A stretch of 64,000 nt of DNA, from contig DIRT01000023.1 of the NCBI GenBank assembly GCA_002427605.1, positions 2,936-66,935 on the forward strand, given 5' to 3'. Below, piece by piece: positions 38,901-48,361 of this stretch. Each line of letters starts with the position of its first letter. Positions within the stretch are counted from its first letter, which is position 1. Made by a program: the position numbers and the translations under genes. The notes below the pieces were generated by a model. It ran no database searches and had not been told where the DNA came from. It saw only the letters and a program-made list of their open reading frames with translations. This DNA comes from Bacteroidales bacterium UBA5429 (GTDB lineage Bacteria > Bacteroidota > Bacteroidia > Bacteroidales > WCHB1-69).

Positions 38901-40201
38901 TTATTTGAAGCGGTAGTAACATTACGGATCAAAGAAGTATCGACTGCCACAGTTAAGTCGTTACTCATATCACTTGGTAGAACATAGCCGGATCCATGGA
39001 ATCCTTCAAAACTTGGATCTGCTTCTCCCAAGTCTGTAAAAGCAACAATATTTCTATTTTCTGCCGTAGCAGCACCAATATTGGTACGCCATACCTCAAT
39101 ACGGGTAATAACAATAGGAGATCCCACAAGAGGAAGGGTTGACATATACTCATTGTAATGATCTCTAAAGTATTGAGCAATAAAGTAGTGTTTATTGGCT
39201 TCATAATCATCGGCACGAAGATAAAATTCCTGCATTTGTGCTCCACCTGAAATGGTAATCGACTTCGTATTGGCTTTGCTTTCAGAGAGCACCGAAGTTA
39301 CCGTCAACTTACCAAACCTCAATGCCGTTTTAAAACCAAACAGTGACTGACTACCTGTAATAAGGGTACTCTGTAGTGGTAACATCACATCTCCAAACTC
39401 CATCAATTGAATAATATCATCCTCTTTCCCTTCAAATTTCAATTTCATCTGGTTGTCAAACTCAAAGTTTGACTCAGTGTTGTAATTCAGGTTATAGGAG
39501 ATCTTATCTCCCACTTTTGCAATCACATTTGCCTGAATCTTCTCATCAAACTTAAACTCTGTTCTTTTTTGTTGACGCGCTGTCAGGTTCGGGTTATCAT
39601 CACGATTATGCAAGATTCCAAACAATAGTTCAACATTTCCGGATGGACGAACATCTATTGTGTTACTACCAAAAATCGACTCAAAAATATCTCCCCCGAT
39701 TCTCAGTTGTGGAATCAACCCATCTCCACCTCGGCGGTTTGGATCAGAAGAGTGTTTTACTCCTCTTGATCTCCAATAGTTACGTGCTTCGTTACGTACA
39801 TCATACTCAATAAATTCTGACACATCCATTGATGCGGCAGGACCAAAAGGAACTTCCCCAATCATATTTCTAAATACAAACTGATTGGTGATGGTATCAA
39901 AGTAGATTCGTGTTTGTAATGCCGGTGGGGTTTTTAAATGGAAAGGGGAGAAAAAGACTCCCTCTTGCAAAGGATTATTGATCGGTTGTGGAATTGGACT
40001 CACTAAACCCGAGTCCGGTGGAGTCAAATTCTCAGACGCTTCAACAACTTCATTGTCATGTTGAACCGAACTAACATTCTCTTTATTATTCTCTTGAACA
40101 AAAACTTTCATGTAGCCGGGCAGTGCCCATACTAATGAAGTGAGAAAGAAGATAATCACCATTACGGAGGTGATTCTTCGGGTTGCTTTTCTTATTGCCA
40201 C
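32960..40201 (-). CDS. sprA: T9SS translocon / gliding motility protein SprA
   Basis: About 2400-aa beta-rich protein. It sits directly downstream of ruvA, the arrangement I associate with Bacteroidota sprA. The track start is GTG; an ATG at 40162 is an alternative. Confidence 0.8.
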   Translation of the reverse strand: MAIRKATRRITSVMVIIFFLTSLVWALPGYMKVFVQENNKENVSSVQHDNEVVEASENLTPPDSGLVSPIPQPINNPLQEGVFFSPFHLKTPPALQTRIYFDTITNQFVFRNMIGEVPFGPAASMDVSEFIEYDVRNEARNYWRSRGVKHSSDPNRRGGDGLIPQLRIGGDIFESIFGSNTIDVRPSGNVELLFGILHNRDDNPNLTARQQKRTEFKFDEKIQANVIAKVGDKISYNLNYNTESNFEFDNQMKLKFEGKEDDIIQLMEFGDVMLPLQSTLITGSQSLFGFKTALRFGKLTVTSVLSESKANTKSITISGGAQMQEFYLRADDYEANKHYFIAQYFRDHYNEYMSTLPLVGSPIVITRIEVWRTNIGAATAENRNIVAFTDLGEADPSFEGFHGSGYVLPSDMSNDLTVAVDTSLIRNVTTASNNLRLLGLTAGEDYEKIENARLLSPNEYTFNSKLGFISLNTTLTSDQVLAVAFQYQVIGDDAVYQVGEFSNEVSSPGAIRVKLLKSTSLNTKSPLWKLMMKNVYNLNAYQISSEKFRLNILYTGDDEGVANGFFNTGSVKGIPLIRLMGLDRLNQQQDPYPDGVFDFVDGADVNGGTIVSRNGRIYFPTVEPFGKDLRAVIPEPEVADRYAYDSLYTMTKTLAQQYTAKNKFYLEGTYQSSFGSEISLGAFNLPEGSVKVTAGGIPLVENQDYTVNYGMGTITITNEGILKSGAPIHVNLEDRNKMNDRWMMGTNLDYRVNQDLNIGATILNLRERPITNKVNYGNEPINNMIWGMNIAYKKEVPFITKLVDWLPFYSTTAKSYVQMDGEFAHFVPGHSRAVGKEGTTYIDDFESAKVSVNLGQRQFWVMASTPQGQPHWFREAMPVSSSEPARRQLAYGFNRAKLAWYIIDPLFYANTTATPPNLTKDDQSAPYARAVYEPELFPNREYSSAAQSTYMPVFNLAFFPTERGPYNYDVDGSEGFSAGVDADGSLNDPGSRWGGIMRRFDYTDFESNNYEYIEFWMMDPFIENPNHKGGKLVFNLGDISEDILRDGKKFFENGLPGDGSDEDVEYTVWGRVPTIQQIINSFDNDPNARPFQDVGLDGLTDQMEQQHFNETYLELLRNQFGETSMAYQNALQDPSADNFHYFRGSDYDEQDVKIIERYKQYNNQQGNSPAHTQTNESYLAAETTQPDVEDVNNDNTLSEEEKYYQYVIELRPDRMNVGENYINDIYEGVPERLPNGTSPITKWYQFRIPIKNPDQVVGNISGFHSIRFMRVFMREFEEPIICRLATFELVKSNWRTYTHELYEDGDYVPGGDVNTVVNVGTVNFEENANRVPIPYVLPPGIQREKISGLVVYQQNEQSLSMKIAELADGDARAVYKNANFDMRQFKKLEMFIHAEDLYTSGDLRPGDITVFIRLGSDFTENYYEYEIPIEITPWGVGKDSTLIWPVKNRMAIVLDSIVDIKQLRNKAVREGHHINNATPYVHHLENGNRVTILGMPNLASVNTIMLGVRNPKKRSLNDGDDMLPKSVEIWFNELRLVGFDDRSGMAALGRVRMNLADLGDLTLSSTYSTPGFGSLEQAVTDRQIATKYSVDVATNLDGGKVLFPQKWNIKVPFHYDFSQVGELPEYNPLNPDVLLIEDLATFDNADERDSVRAMTTVLVQRQNLNITNVRKERDLNKPLKIRPWDIENLDFSYAYSEVAKRDVDVEFDNETRHEGQIGYTYTSTPKNYRPFSRVKFLKSSWLQIIRDVNINPLPKNVTFRTTVTRELNEFKLRPKSKGNIIIDTSIVKNFMWVRDYSVQWDLTQALRLNYKALSTSRIDEPPGLLDTREKKDSVWLSFRTGGRSTQFMQRIDGSWQVPLNKIPLFKWINTNLTYNATYNFTASPLSLANLGNTIDNSNQMQANVNFNLVTLYDLIPYLKKVNQGSQRRPQSPAGRAGGRREDNPKNENQTKDTVKVNVGKLILDHSLRFLMMVRNVSFNVSQGNGTTLPGYMYSPNLFGASLVNGSPGALFILGGQPDIQRMAVEGGWLTKDTLLNTPFLQRKNQTINVRANVEPFNNFRIDVTANRVYTQSFTEYFRADSEGVMHHYSPMTSGTFTISSIGLATFFRDPDKIFQEFRDLRKMMAERISSHNPNYTGEMDPETGFPIGYSGVNKEVLTAAFLATYGGQNSAKLDVTSPFPKIPMPNWRLNYNGLTRNKFFAKYFQNFSLSHSYTNTYSVGNFSTNINYEEDAQGNPTAIDPLGNFIAKRDFQQIAINEQFGPFIGFDMTLKNSLMLKVEYKKGRNVSMSFANNQITEVNTNEISISSGYRFKDLKLGFVFSGEKRQTVSDLNMTVGFALRDNMTVLRKIEENQNQISAGMLTVTINISADYQISQMVGLRYYYNQVINRPKTSLTNNNMNLETGFSVRLLLAQ

Positions 40202-40220
40202 GTTTTCAATAATCTACAAT

Positions 40221-40811
40221 CTACAATAACTTTAACGCCTTTTTTATCAATTCCTCTACACTTAGATCAATCCCCTCTTGTTGAATAATTTTATCTAATA
40301 CAGCCTCAGCAGGATTTTTTACAAAACCTAAAGAAACTAAAGCAGATAACGCTTCACTTTTATTATTATTGTAAGAAAATGCAATTTTATCTAAATTTTG
40401 TGGGGTTGTTTTTCCAATCTTATCTTTCAGTTCAATAATAATCCGTTGCGCACTCTTATTACCTATTCCTTTCACAGTTTGAAGTGTTCTGGCATTCTCT
40501 GTTGCAATAGCTCCCAAGATTTCCGAAACGCTCAACGAAGAGAGCATGAGACGAGCAGTAGCTACTCCAATACCACTAACGGTTATTAAGAGTTTAAAAA
40601 GAGAACGCTCTTCCTCATCTGCAAAGCCATATAAAATATGCGCATCTTCCTTGATTACATAGTGAGTTAACAAACTCAACTCTTGAACATCTCCAATTGC
40701 AGAGTAAGTAGCTAACGAGATGTGAATAATATAGGCTATACCACCGGCGGTCTCAATAACAACATGCTCCGGAGTTTTCTCAACCAATTTTCCTTTTACA
40801 TATTCAATCAT
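40221..40811 (-). CDS. ruvA: Holliday junction branch migration complex subunit RuvA
   Basis: MIEYVKGKL..P..VVIE..GIAY is the N-terminal OB fold. HhH motifs are VSGIGVATAR and VKGIGNKSAQRI. Confidence 0.9.
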   Translation of the reverse strand: MIEYVKGKLVEKTPEHVVIETAGGIAYIIHISLATYSAIGDVQELSLLTHYVIKEDAHILYGFADEEERSLFKLLITVSGIGVATARLMLSSLSVSEILGAIATENARTLQTVKGIGNKSAQRIIIELKDKIGKTTPQNLDKIAFSYNNNKSEALSALVSLGFVKNPAEAVLDKIIQQEGIDLSVEELIKKALKLL

Positions 40812-40885
40812 ACAAAACAAATAAATAGAACGTGCAAAAGTACGATTTTTAGATTAAATGACTATCTTAAAAAAATTGAAATCTT

Positions 40886-41542
40886 TCAGACAACAACCAC
40901 AATCTCCCCTTTTACCTCTTTTGCTCCAAAATATTGCAAGCATTCTGCAATTGTACCCCGATACGTTTCTTCGTAGACTTTGGAAATCTCTCGAGATATC
41001 GAAATAGTGCGGTCTTCTTCAAAGAGAGGAAGCATCATCTCAAGGGTTTTCAACAATCGGTGAGGGGATTCATAAAAAATCACTGTTTGATCGCATTCTG
41101 CAATCTTTTTGAGGGCGCTTTGTTTACCTTTTTTATGTGGTAAAAAACCATAGAAAAGGAATTGATCGCTGGGAAGTCCCGAATTGATCAATGCAGGAAT
41201 AAGCGCAGTAGCTCCGGGTAGGCAAATTACTTCGATCCCCTCCTTGATTGCTTCACGAATCAACAGATAACCCGGATCAGATATTCCCGGTGTACCTGCA
41301 TCGGAAGTAAGAGCCACAGCAGCAGCCTGTTTAATTTGATCTATGTAGCGTGAAACCTGTTTATGCTCATTATATATATGGTATGCGTAACAACGATTCT
41401 CTATTTCGTAATGTTTCAACAACTTCTGTGTTGTTCGGGTATCTTCACTCAATATAAAATCCACCTCCTTCAGAACACGCAATGCACGCAAGGTGATATC
41501 CTCCAGATTACCAATTGGTGTAGGGACAATATAGAGTTTCAT
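40886..41542 (-). CDS. rsmI: 16S rRNA (cytidine1402-2'-O)-methyltransferase
   Basis: MKLYIVPTPIGNLEDITLRALRVL..SEDTR is the RsmI N-terminus. The upstream gene stops 2 nt before this ATG. Confidence 0.85.
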   Translation of the reverse strand: MKLYIVPTPIGNLEDITLRALRVLKEVDFILSEDTRTTQKLLKHYEIENRCYAYHIYNEHKQVSRYIDQIKQAAAVALTSDAGTPGISDPGYLLIREAIKEGIEVICLPGATALIPALINSGLPSDQFLFYGFLPHKKGKQSALKKIAECDQTVIFYESPHRLLKTLEMMLPLFEEDRTISISREISKVYEETYRGTIAECLQYFGAKEVKGEIVVVV

Positions 41543-41544
41543 AG

Positions 41545-42912
41545 CTAAAAAGTTTCTAATGTTCTGATAAAGAGTTTCAATATTCTTTCCGAATAGTTCA
41601 CTCCACAAAATTCACAACGATCCTCAGGAGTATGCGTCTCATTGGGTTTAAGACCTCCTATAGTCAACGTAAAAAGTGCAGGAATCTCCTTCAAAGTAAA
41701 GGGATAATGATCGCTATTTGGCGCATTTCTACCTCTTTTAATTTGAGGAACCCAATTTTCTGCTTCATTGATTCGTTCCATCTGATTCAAAAAGCGTGCA
41801 TTAAGTAGGTTGACTCCATTAAACATCATCAATCCCTCATCTCCACCACAAACAAGGTCAAAGTTAATCACTTGTATAATTTTATCTAACGGAACTAGAG
41901 GATGTTCTACAAAATAGGTTGAACCTTGCAGCCCACTCTCCTCCCCACTGGTCAAAATCAGGATAATACTATATTTCAATCGATTGTGAACGAAATATTG
42001 TCCTAAACTCAACACATAAGCGACTCCGGAAGCATTATCAAATGCGCCATAAAAAACACAGTCATCACCTAACATACCCAGGTGGTCATAGTGACCCATC
42101 AGTACAACAAAAGAGTCCGGTTCAGTTGTTCCGGGGATTATACCTACTACATTTTGCGTAGTGCGATATCCCATCTTGTTCTCAAAATGGATTCGTATCT
42201 TTTTCGTCTTATGTGTAATCTTTTCCGGCTTAATGTAGAAAAACGAAAACTCTTTTTCTTCCATTTTACGAGTTCCAAATCCGGGGAGATCACTCATCCC
42301 AATCATAATTTTAGAAAACTCAAAAACATTAGTTGTTTCATGTTTCCAATTATTCAAATTCTGTCTGATTCGTACTTTCGTCAAAGAGTCACATGGAAGG
42401 TCAGAAATCAGGTCGGCATTAAAATAGATCACTTCACTCTTTAATCGCTCTTTATTTTTCTTTTGAAATCGTTCCCAACGGGTTTGTGCTATCTCAGAGA
42501 GTTGATAGGAGTCACCTTCTATCGTGTAATCTAAAATCTCCAATGGAGCATGAATCACTCTAAACTCCCCATTTATAGATGGGGTATGAAATGGAAGCCG
42601 ATAATCATAAAAATTATTCAAAACAACCTTATCTACTACTACAGTCACATCCCCAATCATTTCATAACCGTAAATCGGGTACTCCTGGAAGAAATTATTT
42701 CCCAATGGATGTACCTTGAGTTGCTTCAATTCCTTTTTTATGTATTGAGCCGCTAAATATTCCCCATTGTAAGGAGCAGCACGTCCATACATCTCAGGAG
42801 CGGAGAGGTCGCAGATGACCCTCTTGACGTAATTACTGTCTTGCCCCTGTACACTCCCCCCCTTTATTATTAATATCATAAAAAAGAGAGAAAACCATCG
42901 TATCATTTTCAT
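41545..42912 (-). CDS. M28-family aminopeptidase, exported
   Basis: Signal peptide present. Metal ligand regions are GHYDHLG, FDNASGVA and SGEESGLQGS. Confidence 0.75.
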   Translation of the reverse strand: MKMIRWFSLFFMILIIKGGSVQGQDSNYVKRVICDLSAPEMYGRAAPYNGEYLAAQYIKKELKQLKVHPLGNNFFQEYPIYGYEMIGDVTVVVDKVVLNNFYDYRLPFHTPSINGEFRVIHAPLEILDYTIEGDSYQLSEIAQTRWERFQKKNKERLKSEVIYFNADLISDLPCDSLTKVRIRQNLNNWKHETTNVFEFSKIMIGMSDLPGFGTRKMEEKEFSFFYIKPEKITHKTKKIRIHFENKMGYRTTQNVVGIIPGTTEPDSFVVLMGHYDHLGMLGDDCVFYGAFDNASGVAYVLSLGQYFVHNRLKYSIILILTSGEESGLQGSTYFVEHPLVPLDKIIQVINFDLVCGGDEGLMMFNGVNLLNARFLNQMERINEAENWVPQIKRGRNAPNSDHYPFTLKEIPALFTLTIGGLKPNETHTPEDRCEFCGVNYSERILKLFIRTLETF

Positions 42913-42933
42913 ACATTATAGATTTAGAGCCCC

Positions 42934-43533
42934 CTATGCCCGATTACGAAAAATGGAGCCAATAGTAAGAAAAATCAGTTTAAAATACTCTTTGAGGGAG
43001 CGGTTTTCTATATATTTAAAATTCAATTCAATTTTAGCGGGCATAATCTCCTCTATGTAGGTCTTTTCAGGATTATCAGAAGCTGCAAGGATATCATTTT
43101 CATCAATATAACTCAGAGAAGCATAATCGGTAATCCCGGGACGAACCTGCAGCACTTTACGCTGCTCTTCAGTGTACAAATCTACATATTTTTTCACCTC
43201 CGGACGAGGACCCACAATACTCATATCCCCCTTCAGCACATTGAATAGCTGTGGCATTTCATCCAATTTATATTTTCTCAAAAAGCGACCTAAAGTTGTA
43301 ACCCGCGGATCACGATCCCCTACAGTAAGCAAACCCAACTTGTCTGAATTTTTCTTCATCGTCCTATATTTCAACAAGTTGAACTGTTTCCCATTTTTCC
43401 CAACTCTACGTTGCATAAAAAAGGGATCTCCTTTCGATTCAATCGCTCCTATTATCGTGATTATCAACAAAAAAGGGGACAACAATACGATAGCAAGCAG
43501 CGAGAGAACAATATCACACAACCTAATCAGCAT
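42934..43533 (-). CDS. Small polyprenyl-phosphate sugar phosphotransferase (bacterial sugar transferase family)
   Basis: A single TM helix is followed by GKNGKQFNLLKYRTM, DEMPQLFNVLKGDMSIVGPRPE. Confidence 0.85.
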   Translation of the reverse strand: MLIRLCDIVLSLLAIVLLSPFLLIITIIGAIESKGDPFFMQRRVGKNGKQFNLLKYRTMKKNSDKLGLLTVGDRDPRVTTLGRFLRKYKLDEMPQLFNVLKGDMSIVGPRPEVKKYVDLYTEEQRKVLQVRPGITDYASLSYIDENDILAASDNPEKTYIEEIMPAKIELNFKYIENRSLKEYFKLIFLTIGSIFRNRA

Positions 43534-43542
43534 AGTCTTATA

Positions 43543-45009
43543 TTATCTCAAATAGAACCAGTCGTCCTCAACAGTATTGCCATAATATTGCTCAATACTT
43601 TTATCGTCAAAGTTATAGATTGGAGTTTTACGATTCACCAGCTTTACTTTCCAGAACGGATCCTGTACTTCGCCAATCTTATCTGAGTGAAGAAGTTCAT
43701 AATTTTTAGATACCAAGTCCACATTATAGAAGATAAACCTCACATTGGTTTGATTATCCAGCATATCGTAGGTCCAAATTTCATATGGATAAGAATGAGA
43801 GTCAAAAGCAGACTCATACACCGAACTGGGGGGACCATATTGAAGGAACACCCGCCCCCGGTCAGTTCGATACCCTTTCATATTACCAGTAGTGTACAAT
43901 TTGTCAATGTATTTTATCTTCTCATAATATTTCAACCACTCTTCTTGCGGATTCTCATCATTTCTTAAGTACCAAAAAGCGTAAAAAAAGCGTTGCAAAT
44001 CTTGCATTTCTCCTTTTCTGACATGGTTTCTAATAAAGTTATTTTCTGAAATGGACGCTATAGGTAAAAGACAAGCAACGTACTCTCTCATCTGTTTCGG
44101 ATCTGTAATCTTTTCAACAAAAGTGCCTCTATAATCTTTATTCAAAACAACTTCCTCCTCTAAGAAAGGAGCATCATTATTTCTTTCAAAAACGGTTTGA
44201 GAAGTAGCAACAAGTATAGAATCTGCTCCATATACCTCTACAGTAAGTAAATAGTTCCCGGTATAGAGTTGCGTGATATCCAGTTCTTTAACAAAATAAA
44301 CCAAAGGAGCAGATTGCATTCTTTGAACTGTAGTGAACTCACCTCCCATCTGTCTTTTAGTATTCAAATTTTTCAACGAACTGCGAACCATAAAAGTACT
44401 ATTAGGTCCTATTCCTTTTTCGGTATTATAGATTTCTGTCGAAAAATAGAGTTTATTTAAAACGGAAGGTAAATAATTGTAAATAAGTGGAATAGATGTA
44501 TATCCATGCTTATCGAAATAGGGATCGGGATCATCTGTTTTGGCAATCTGTTCATGCAGAGAGATTCCGGAAACAGAAACAGTATCTTGCGGAAATGCAA
44601 TTTTAACCAAATCTTCAAATTGCACCTTGGATTCCTCATTATTCATATCCTGAATGGTAAAGTTGAGGTTATAGGTTCCATTAAGCAATGAAATGCGTTT
44701 AATTCCCCAAAAATCTGTTTTATTTACGCCGGCTGTATCTTCAAGCATCTCACTTGCCACAACGTAATCTACCTTTCGAACAAATTGCCCCTCCTTCATA
44801 ATATCAATAGTAATGCGCACCTCAGCTTCAAAAAAGTCAGCCTGATTTTTAGCATAACGTACTGAATTACCACCAAAAAAGGAGGAAACTTCCAAATAAG
44901 GATCCAGCTCCTGGTCACAATAAGGACGATAATCAATCACCGCACTTAACTTCTGTGCCTGAGCAGAAAAGGCAATGAATCCTATTAAAATTAAAAATAT
45001 TCGTTTCAT
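43543..45009 (-). CDS. GWxTD domain-containing exported protein
   Basis: Signal peptide present. The C-terminal motif KGYRTDRGRVFLQYGPPSSV..YPYEIWTY matches the GWxTD pattern (W replaced by Y). Confidence 0.7.
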   Translation of the reverse strand: MKRIFLILIGFIAFSAQAQKLSAVIDYRPYCDQELDPYLEVSSFFGGNSVRYAKNQADFFEAEVRITIDIMKEGQFVRKVDYVVASEMLEDTAGVNKTDFWGIKRISLLNGTYNLNFTIQDMNNEESKVQFEDLVKIAFPQDTVSVSGISLHEQIAKTDDPDPYFDKHGYTSIPLIYNYLPSVLNKLYFSTEIYNTEKGIGPNSTFMVRSSLKNLNTKRQMGGEFTTVQRMQSAPLVYFVKELDITQLYTGNYLLTVEVYGADSILVATSQTVFERNNDAPFLEEEVVLNKDYRGTFVEKITDPKQMREYVACLLPIASISENNFIRNHVRKGEMQDLQRFFYAFWYLRNDENPQEEWLKYYEKIKYIDKLYTTGNMKGYRTDRGRVFLQYGPPSSVYESAFDSHSYPYEIWTYDMLDNQTNVRFIFYNVDLVSKNYELLHSDKIGEVQDPFWKVKLVNRKTPIYNFDDKSIEQYYGNTVEDDWFYLR

Positions 45010-45037
45010 GGTGATCAGGGTTTTATATAAATTTTTA

Positions 45038-46543
45038 TTAAAACTTAATCGTTTGCAATAGTTGTTCTATCGGTACACGAATTTGTTCCATGGAATCACG
45101 TTCTCTAACTGTAACAGTTTGATCTTCCAATGTCTGATTATCCACAGTGATACAATATGGGGTTCCAATTGCATCCTGACGACGGTATCTTCTGCCGATT
45201 GCATCTTTTTCATCATATTGGCACATCATATGCTGTTTTAGTAAATCCTGGATTTCTCTAGCCTTTTCTGGAAGTCCATCCTTTCTCACTAGAGGTAGTA
45301 TTGCTACTTTGACAGGAGCTAAAATGGGGGGAAGCGAAAGCACCACTCTTTGGGAACCATCTTGCAGAGTTTCTTCTTTATATGCATGACTCAAAATCGC
45401 CAGGAACATTCTGTCCAATCCGATAGAGGTTTCCACAACATAGGGAACATAACTCTCATTGGTTTCAGGATCAAAATAACGTAATTTTTTACCGGAGAAC
45501 TTCTCATGCTGAGCCAAGTCAAAATCAGTTCTGGAATGGATCCCCTCCAGTTCTTTAAATCCAAATGGAAATTCAAACTCAATATCTGTAGCAGCATTAG
45601 CATAGTGTGCTAACTTATCATGATCGTGAAAACGGAATTTTTCGGCTGGTATTCCCAAATTCTGATGCCATTTCATCCGTTCTTCTTTCCAATACTCAAA
45701 CCAGGTGAGTTCCTCTCCCGGACGAACAAAGAACTGCATCTCCATCTGTTCAAACTCACGCATTCTAAAAATAAACTGACGTGCTACAATTTCATTTCGG
45801 AACGCTTTCCCAATCTGAGCAATTCCAAAAGGAACCTTCATCCGACCAGTTTTATAAACATTCAAAAAGTTTACAAAAATACCCTGAGCTGTTTCGGGAC
45901 GTAAATAAACAGTATCAGCACCTTCAGAAACAGAACCCATCTGCGTTGCAAACATTAGGTTGAACTGTCTTACATCGGTCCAGTTCCTGGATCCGGAAAC
46001 GGGACAAGCAATCTCCAACTCCTCAATCAGTTGTTTCAAGCCAGCCATATCGGAACTGTTCATCAGATCTGCCAAACGTGTCGTAACCTCATCTATCTTT
46101 TGTTGATTGCGCAGTACATTAGGATTAGTTTCACGGAACATCTTTTCATCAAAAGGATTAAATCTTTTCTTCGCTTTTGCAATCTCTTTATTGATTCTAT
46201 CCTCTAATTTTGCAATATATTCCTCTATCAATATATCTGCACGATATCTTTTTTTAGAATCCTTATTATCGATCATAGGATCATTAAATGCATCTACGTG
46301 CCCTGAAGCTTTCCACACTGTTGGGTGCATAAAGATAGCACTGTCGATACCTACAATATGATCATGCATTTGCACCATTGCCTTCCACCAATACTGTTTG
46401 ATGTTATTCTTGAGTTCGACACCATATTGAGCGTAATCATACACCGCACTCAAGCCATCATAAATTTCACTGGAAGGAAAAACATAACCATACTCCTTCG
46501 CATGAGCAATAATTTGTTTAAATAGATCCTCTGGATTAGCCAT
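45038..46543 (-). CDS. glyQS: Glycine--tRNA ligase (homodimeric type)
   Basis: 501 aa. The sequence reads FPSSEIYDGLSAVYDYAQYGVELKNNI, with class II motifs FRNE and GLDR. Confidence 0.9.
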   Translation of the reverse strand: MANPEDLFKQIIAHAKEYGYVFPSSEIYDGLSAVYDYAQYGVELKNNIKQYWWKAMVQMHDHIVGIDSAIFMHPTVWKASGHVDAFNDPMIDNKDSKKRYRADILIEEYIAKLEDRINKEIAKAKKRFNPFDEKMFRETNPNVLRNQQKIDEVTTRLADLMNSSDMAGLKQLIEELEIACPVSGSRNWTDVRQFNLMFATQMGSVSEGADTVYLRPETAQGIFVNFLNVYKTGRMKVPFGIAQIGKAFRNEIVARQFIFRMREFEQMEMQFFVRPGEELTWFEYWKEERMKWHQNLGIPAEKFRFHDHDKLAHYANAATDIEFEFPFGFKELEGIHSRTDFDLAQHEKFSGKKLRYFDPETNESYVPYVVETSIGLDRMFLAILSHAYKEETLQDGSQRVVLSLPPILAPVKVAILPLVRKDGLPEKAREIQDLLKQHMMCQYDEKDAIGRRYRRQDAIGTPYCITVDNQTLEDQTVTVRERDSMEQIRVPIEQLLQTIKF

Positions 46544-46566
46544 ACAGTTTTATTTTTAACAGTTAA

Positions 46567-47283
46567 TTATTCAAATAGAAAAGATATTTGTATTACTTTT
46601 GTTTTCAGACCTGTAACACTTGTCGAATAAATGTGGGGTTCCGGAACAAGAATATTGGGAACCCCAAACGACATTTTCAACTCTGTCGAAAACTTAAAGT
46701 AGGTTAAATAAAAGTCAAACCCCATCCCGGTTTGAAATTGAAAATCATCCGGGTACACTTTCACGTAGATTTCCCGTGGATTAGCTGCTTGTTTTTTAGC
46801 GTTGGATATCAAGTCACGACTATACTGTACTCCCCCTACCACATAAGCTCTTACATTATGCATTCGGGAAGACTTAAACTTCACCAGCAGTGGAAAATCC
46901 AAAAACACTGACTCTACATTCTTATAGCTTATAAACTCCTGATTATTATTGTATTTAATCGAATAGTTAAGCATACGATCTGCAAAAGTAAGTCCCGGAA
47001 TAAAACGCAGATCAAAATACTCCCCAAGCCTCAAGTTGGCCACAATACCCAGGTTAAAGCCACTTAAAGATGATGTATATATTCTCATTAAAGAGTCATA
47101 TTCATTCAGATTCCCTTTTGTTTTCATGGTAAAATCATACTGATTATACCCTATCATAAAACCAAAATGGAAGCGTTGCTTATCATATTTCAACAAATTA
47201 GGCAATCCTAAGTTACGTTGGGCTTGTAGTGATATCGAAATTCCCAACAGCAATAAAATAATGGTTATCAGTTTTTTTCTCAT
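46567..47283 (-). CDS. porT: PorT/SprT-like outer membrane beta-barrel protein
   Basis: Signal peptide present, then NLLKYDKQRFHFGFMIGYNQYDF, alternating beta-strand pattern and a C-terminal aromatic residue. The assignment rests on motif recollection only. Confidence 0.55.
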   Translation of the reverse strand: MRKKLITIILLLLGISISLQAQRNLGLPNLLKYDKQRFHFGFMIGYNQYDFTMKTKGNLNEYDSLMRIYTSSLSGFNLGIVANLRLGEYFDLRFIPGLTFADRMLNYSIKYNNNQEFISYKNVESVFLDFPLLVKFKSSRMHNVRAYVVGGVQYSRDLISNAKKQAANPREIYVKVYPDDFQFQTGMGFDFYLTYFKFSTELKMSFGVPNILVPEPHIYSTSVTGLKTKVIQISFLFE

Positions 47284-47311
47284 AATCTTAAAAAATATCA
47301 AACGAACACCA

Positions 47312-48316
47312 TTAAGATTTAGTATTTTGTTCCACTAATTCCATTATCTGTTCTTCTAGCAATATAGGATCTACCGGCACTACACCTACAAACTGACACA
47401 CAATCCCCCCGGCTAAATTAGCAACCTTAATCATCTGTGTAGGAGGAAGTTGCACTATCATACATAGGGTTGCCACTGAAATAACAGTGTCTCCGGCACC
47501 CGAAACATCACTCACTTCTCTTGCTGAAGCAGGAGACCACTCAAATTGATCATTCAAACGATGATACAAAGCTATTCCTTTATCGGAAAGAGTCACCATA
47601 ACCATGTCAATCTCATGTTGATGAGCAAACTGTTTTGTAGCATCATGCAACTGTTCTAAAGTCAACTGTTCCTGATTCAAGTGAAGTGCATCTGATAATT
47701 CTTTCAGATTGGGTTTAAAAAGATTTACACCGCCATAAGCATGAAAGTTTTTCTTTTTAGGATCTGTTGTCATGAGAATCCCTTTCTCTCTTGCTTTTTC
47801 AATAATCTGGGCAATATTAGTAGGGTTTAGCAGCCCCTTATCATAATCTTCAAAAATAATTGCATCTATTTGATAACGATCAATCAGGTTAAAGAGTGCA
47901 TTAAGAAACTGTTCATTCTCCTTTTCGGAGAGTCCATGTTTATCCTCTTCATCCACACGAATCATCTGACTTTGATTACCAATAATACGATACTTGATCG
48001 TGGTAATTCGTTCATCAGATTGCACTATCCCTTCCGAAGTCAGCCCCATTTTAGAAAGTTGATCCATAAAAATCTTTCCTTTTGGATCTTTTCCTACCAC
48101 GGAACAAAGGATTGGTTCAGCACCTAGTGCTTTCAAGTTAGCTGCTACATTTGCCGCGCCTCCCAAGCGATAATCTCTTTCTTTAACATCCAGAATCGGA
48201 ACCGGTGCCTCCGGAGAGATTCGATCAACCCGTCCCTTCAAGTAAGCATCAATCATTACATCCCCAACCACCAACACTTTAGCAGCTTTAAACTTTGAAA
48301 TCAACTGATCTAACAT
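47312..48316 (-). CDS. PfkB-family sugar kinase, RfaE domain I-like (D-glycero-beta-D-manno-heptose-7-phosphate kinase)
   Basis: VLVVGDVMIDAY..RISPEAPVPI and GAGDTV are present. ATG 48316 is preferred over the track TTG at 48337, which lies inside the promoter block. Confidence 0.7.
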   Translation of the reverse strand: MLDQLISKFKAAKVLVVGDVMIDAYLKGRVDRISPEAPVPILDVKERDYRLGGAANVAANLKALGAEPILCSVVGKDPKGKIFMDQLSKMGLTSEGIVQSDERITTIKYRIIGNQSQMIRVDEEDKHGLSEKENEQFLNALFNLIDRYQIDAIIFEDYDKGLLNPTNIAQIIEKAREKGILMTTDPKKKNFHAYGGVNLFKPNLKELSDALHLNQEQLTLEQLHDATKQFAHQHEIDMVMVTLSDKGIALYHRLNDQFEWSPASAREVSDVSGAGDTVISVATLCMIVQLPPTQMIKVANLAGGIVCQFVGVVPVDPILLEEQIMELVEQNTKS

Positions 48317-48323
48317 TGCAATA

Positions 48324-48344
48324 GAATTAACCTGCAAAGGTATA
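48324..48344 (-). promoter_or_regulatory. Promoter/leader block TATACCTTTGCAGGTTAATTC upstream of the heptose kinase-like gene
   Basis: The minus strand reads AAATTTATTATACCTTTGCAGGTTAATTCTATTGCA, followed by ATG at 48316. Confidence 0.5.
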
Positions 48345-48361
48345 ATAAATTTTGGACTATT

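Noticed and set aside
32960-40201. Numerous 60-110 aa ORFs on both strands inside sprA, and likewise inside dnaK, the ABC-F gene, feoB and the adhesin genes
   Set aside because: They lie entirely within much longer, recognisable genes. Their sequences have biased composition, typical of alternative-frame and antisense reading of AT-rich coding DNA.
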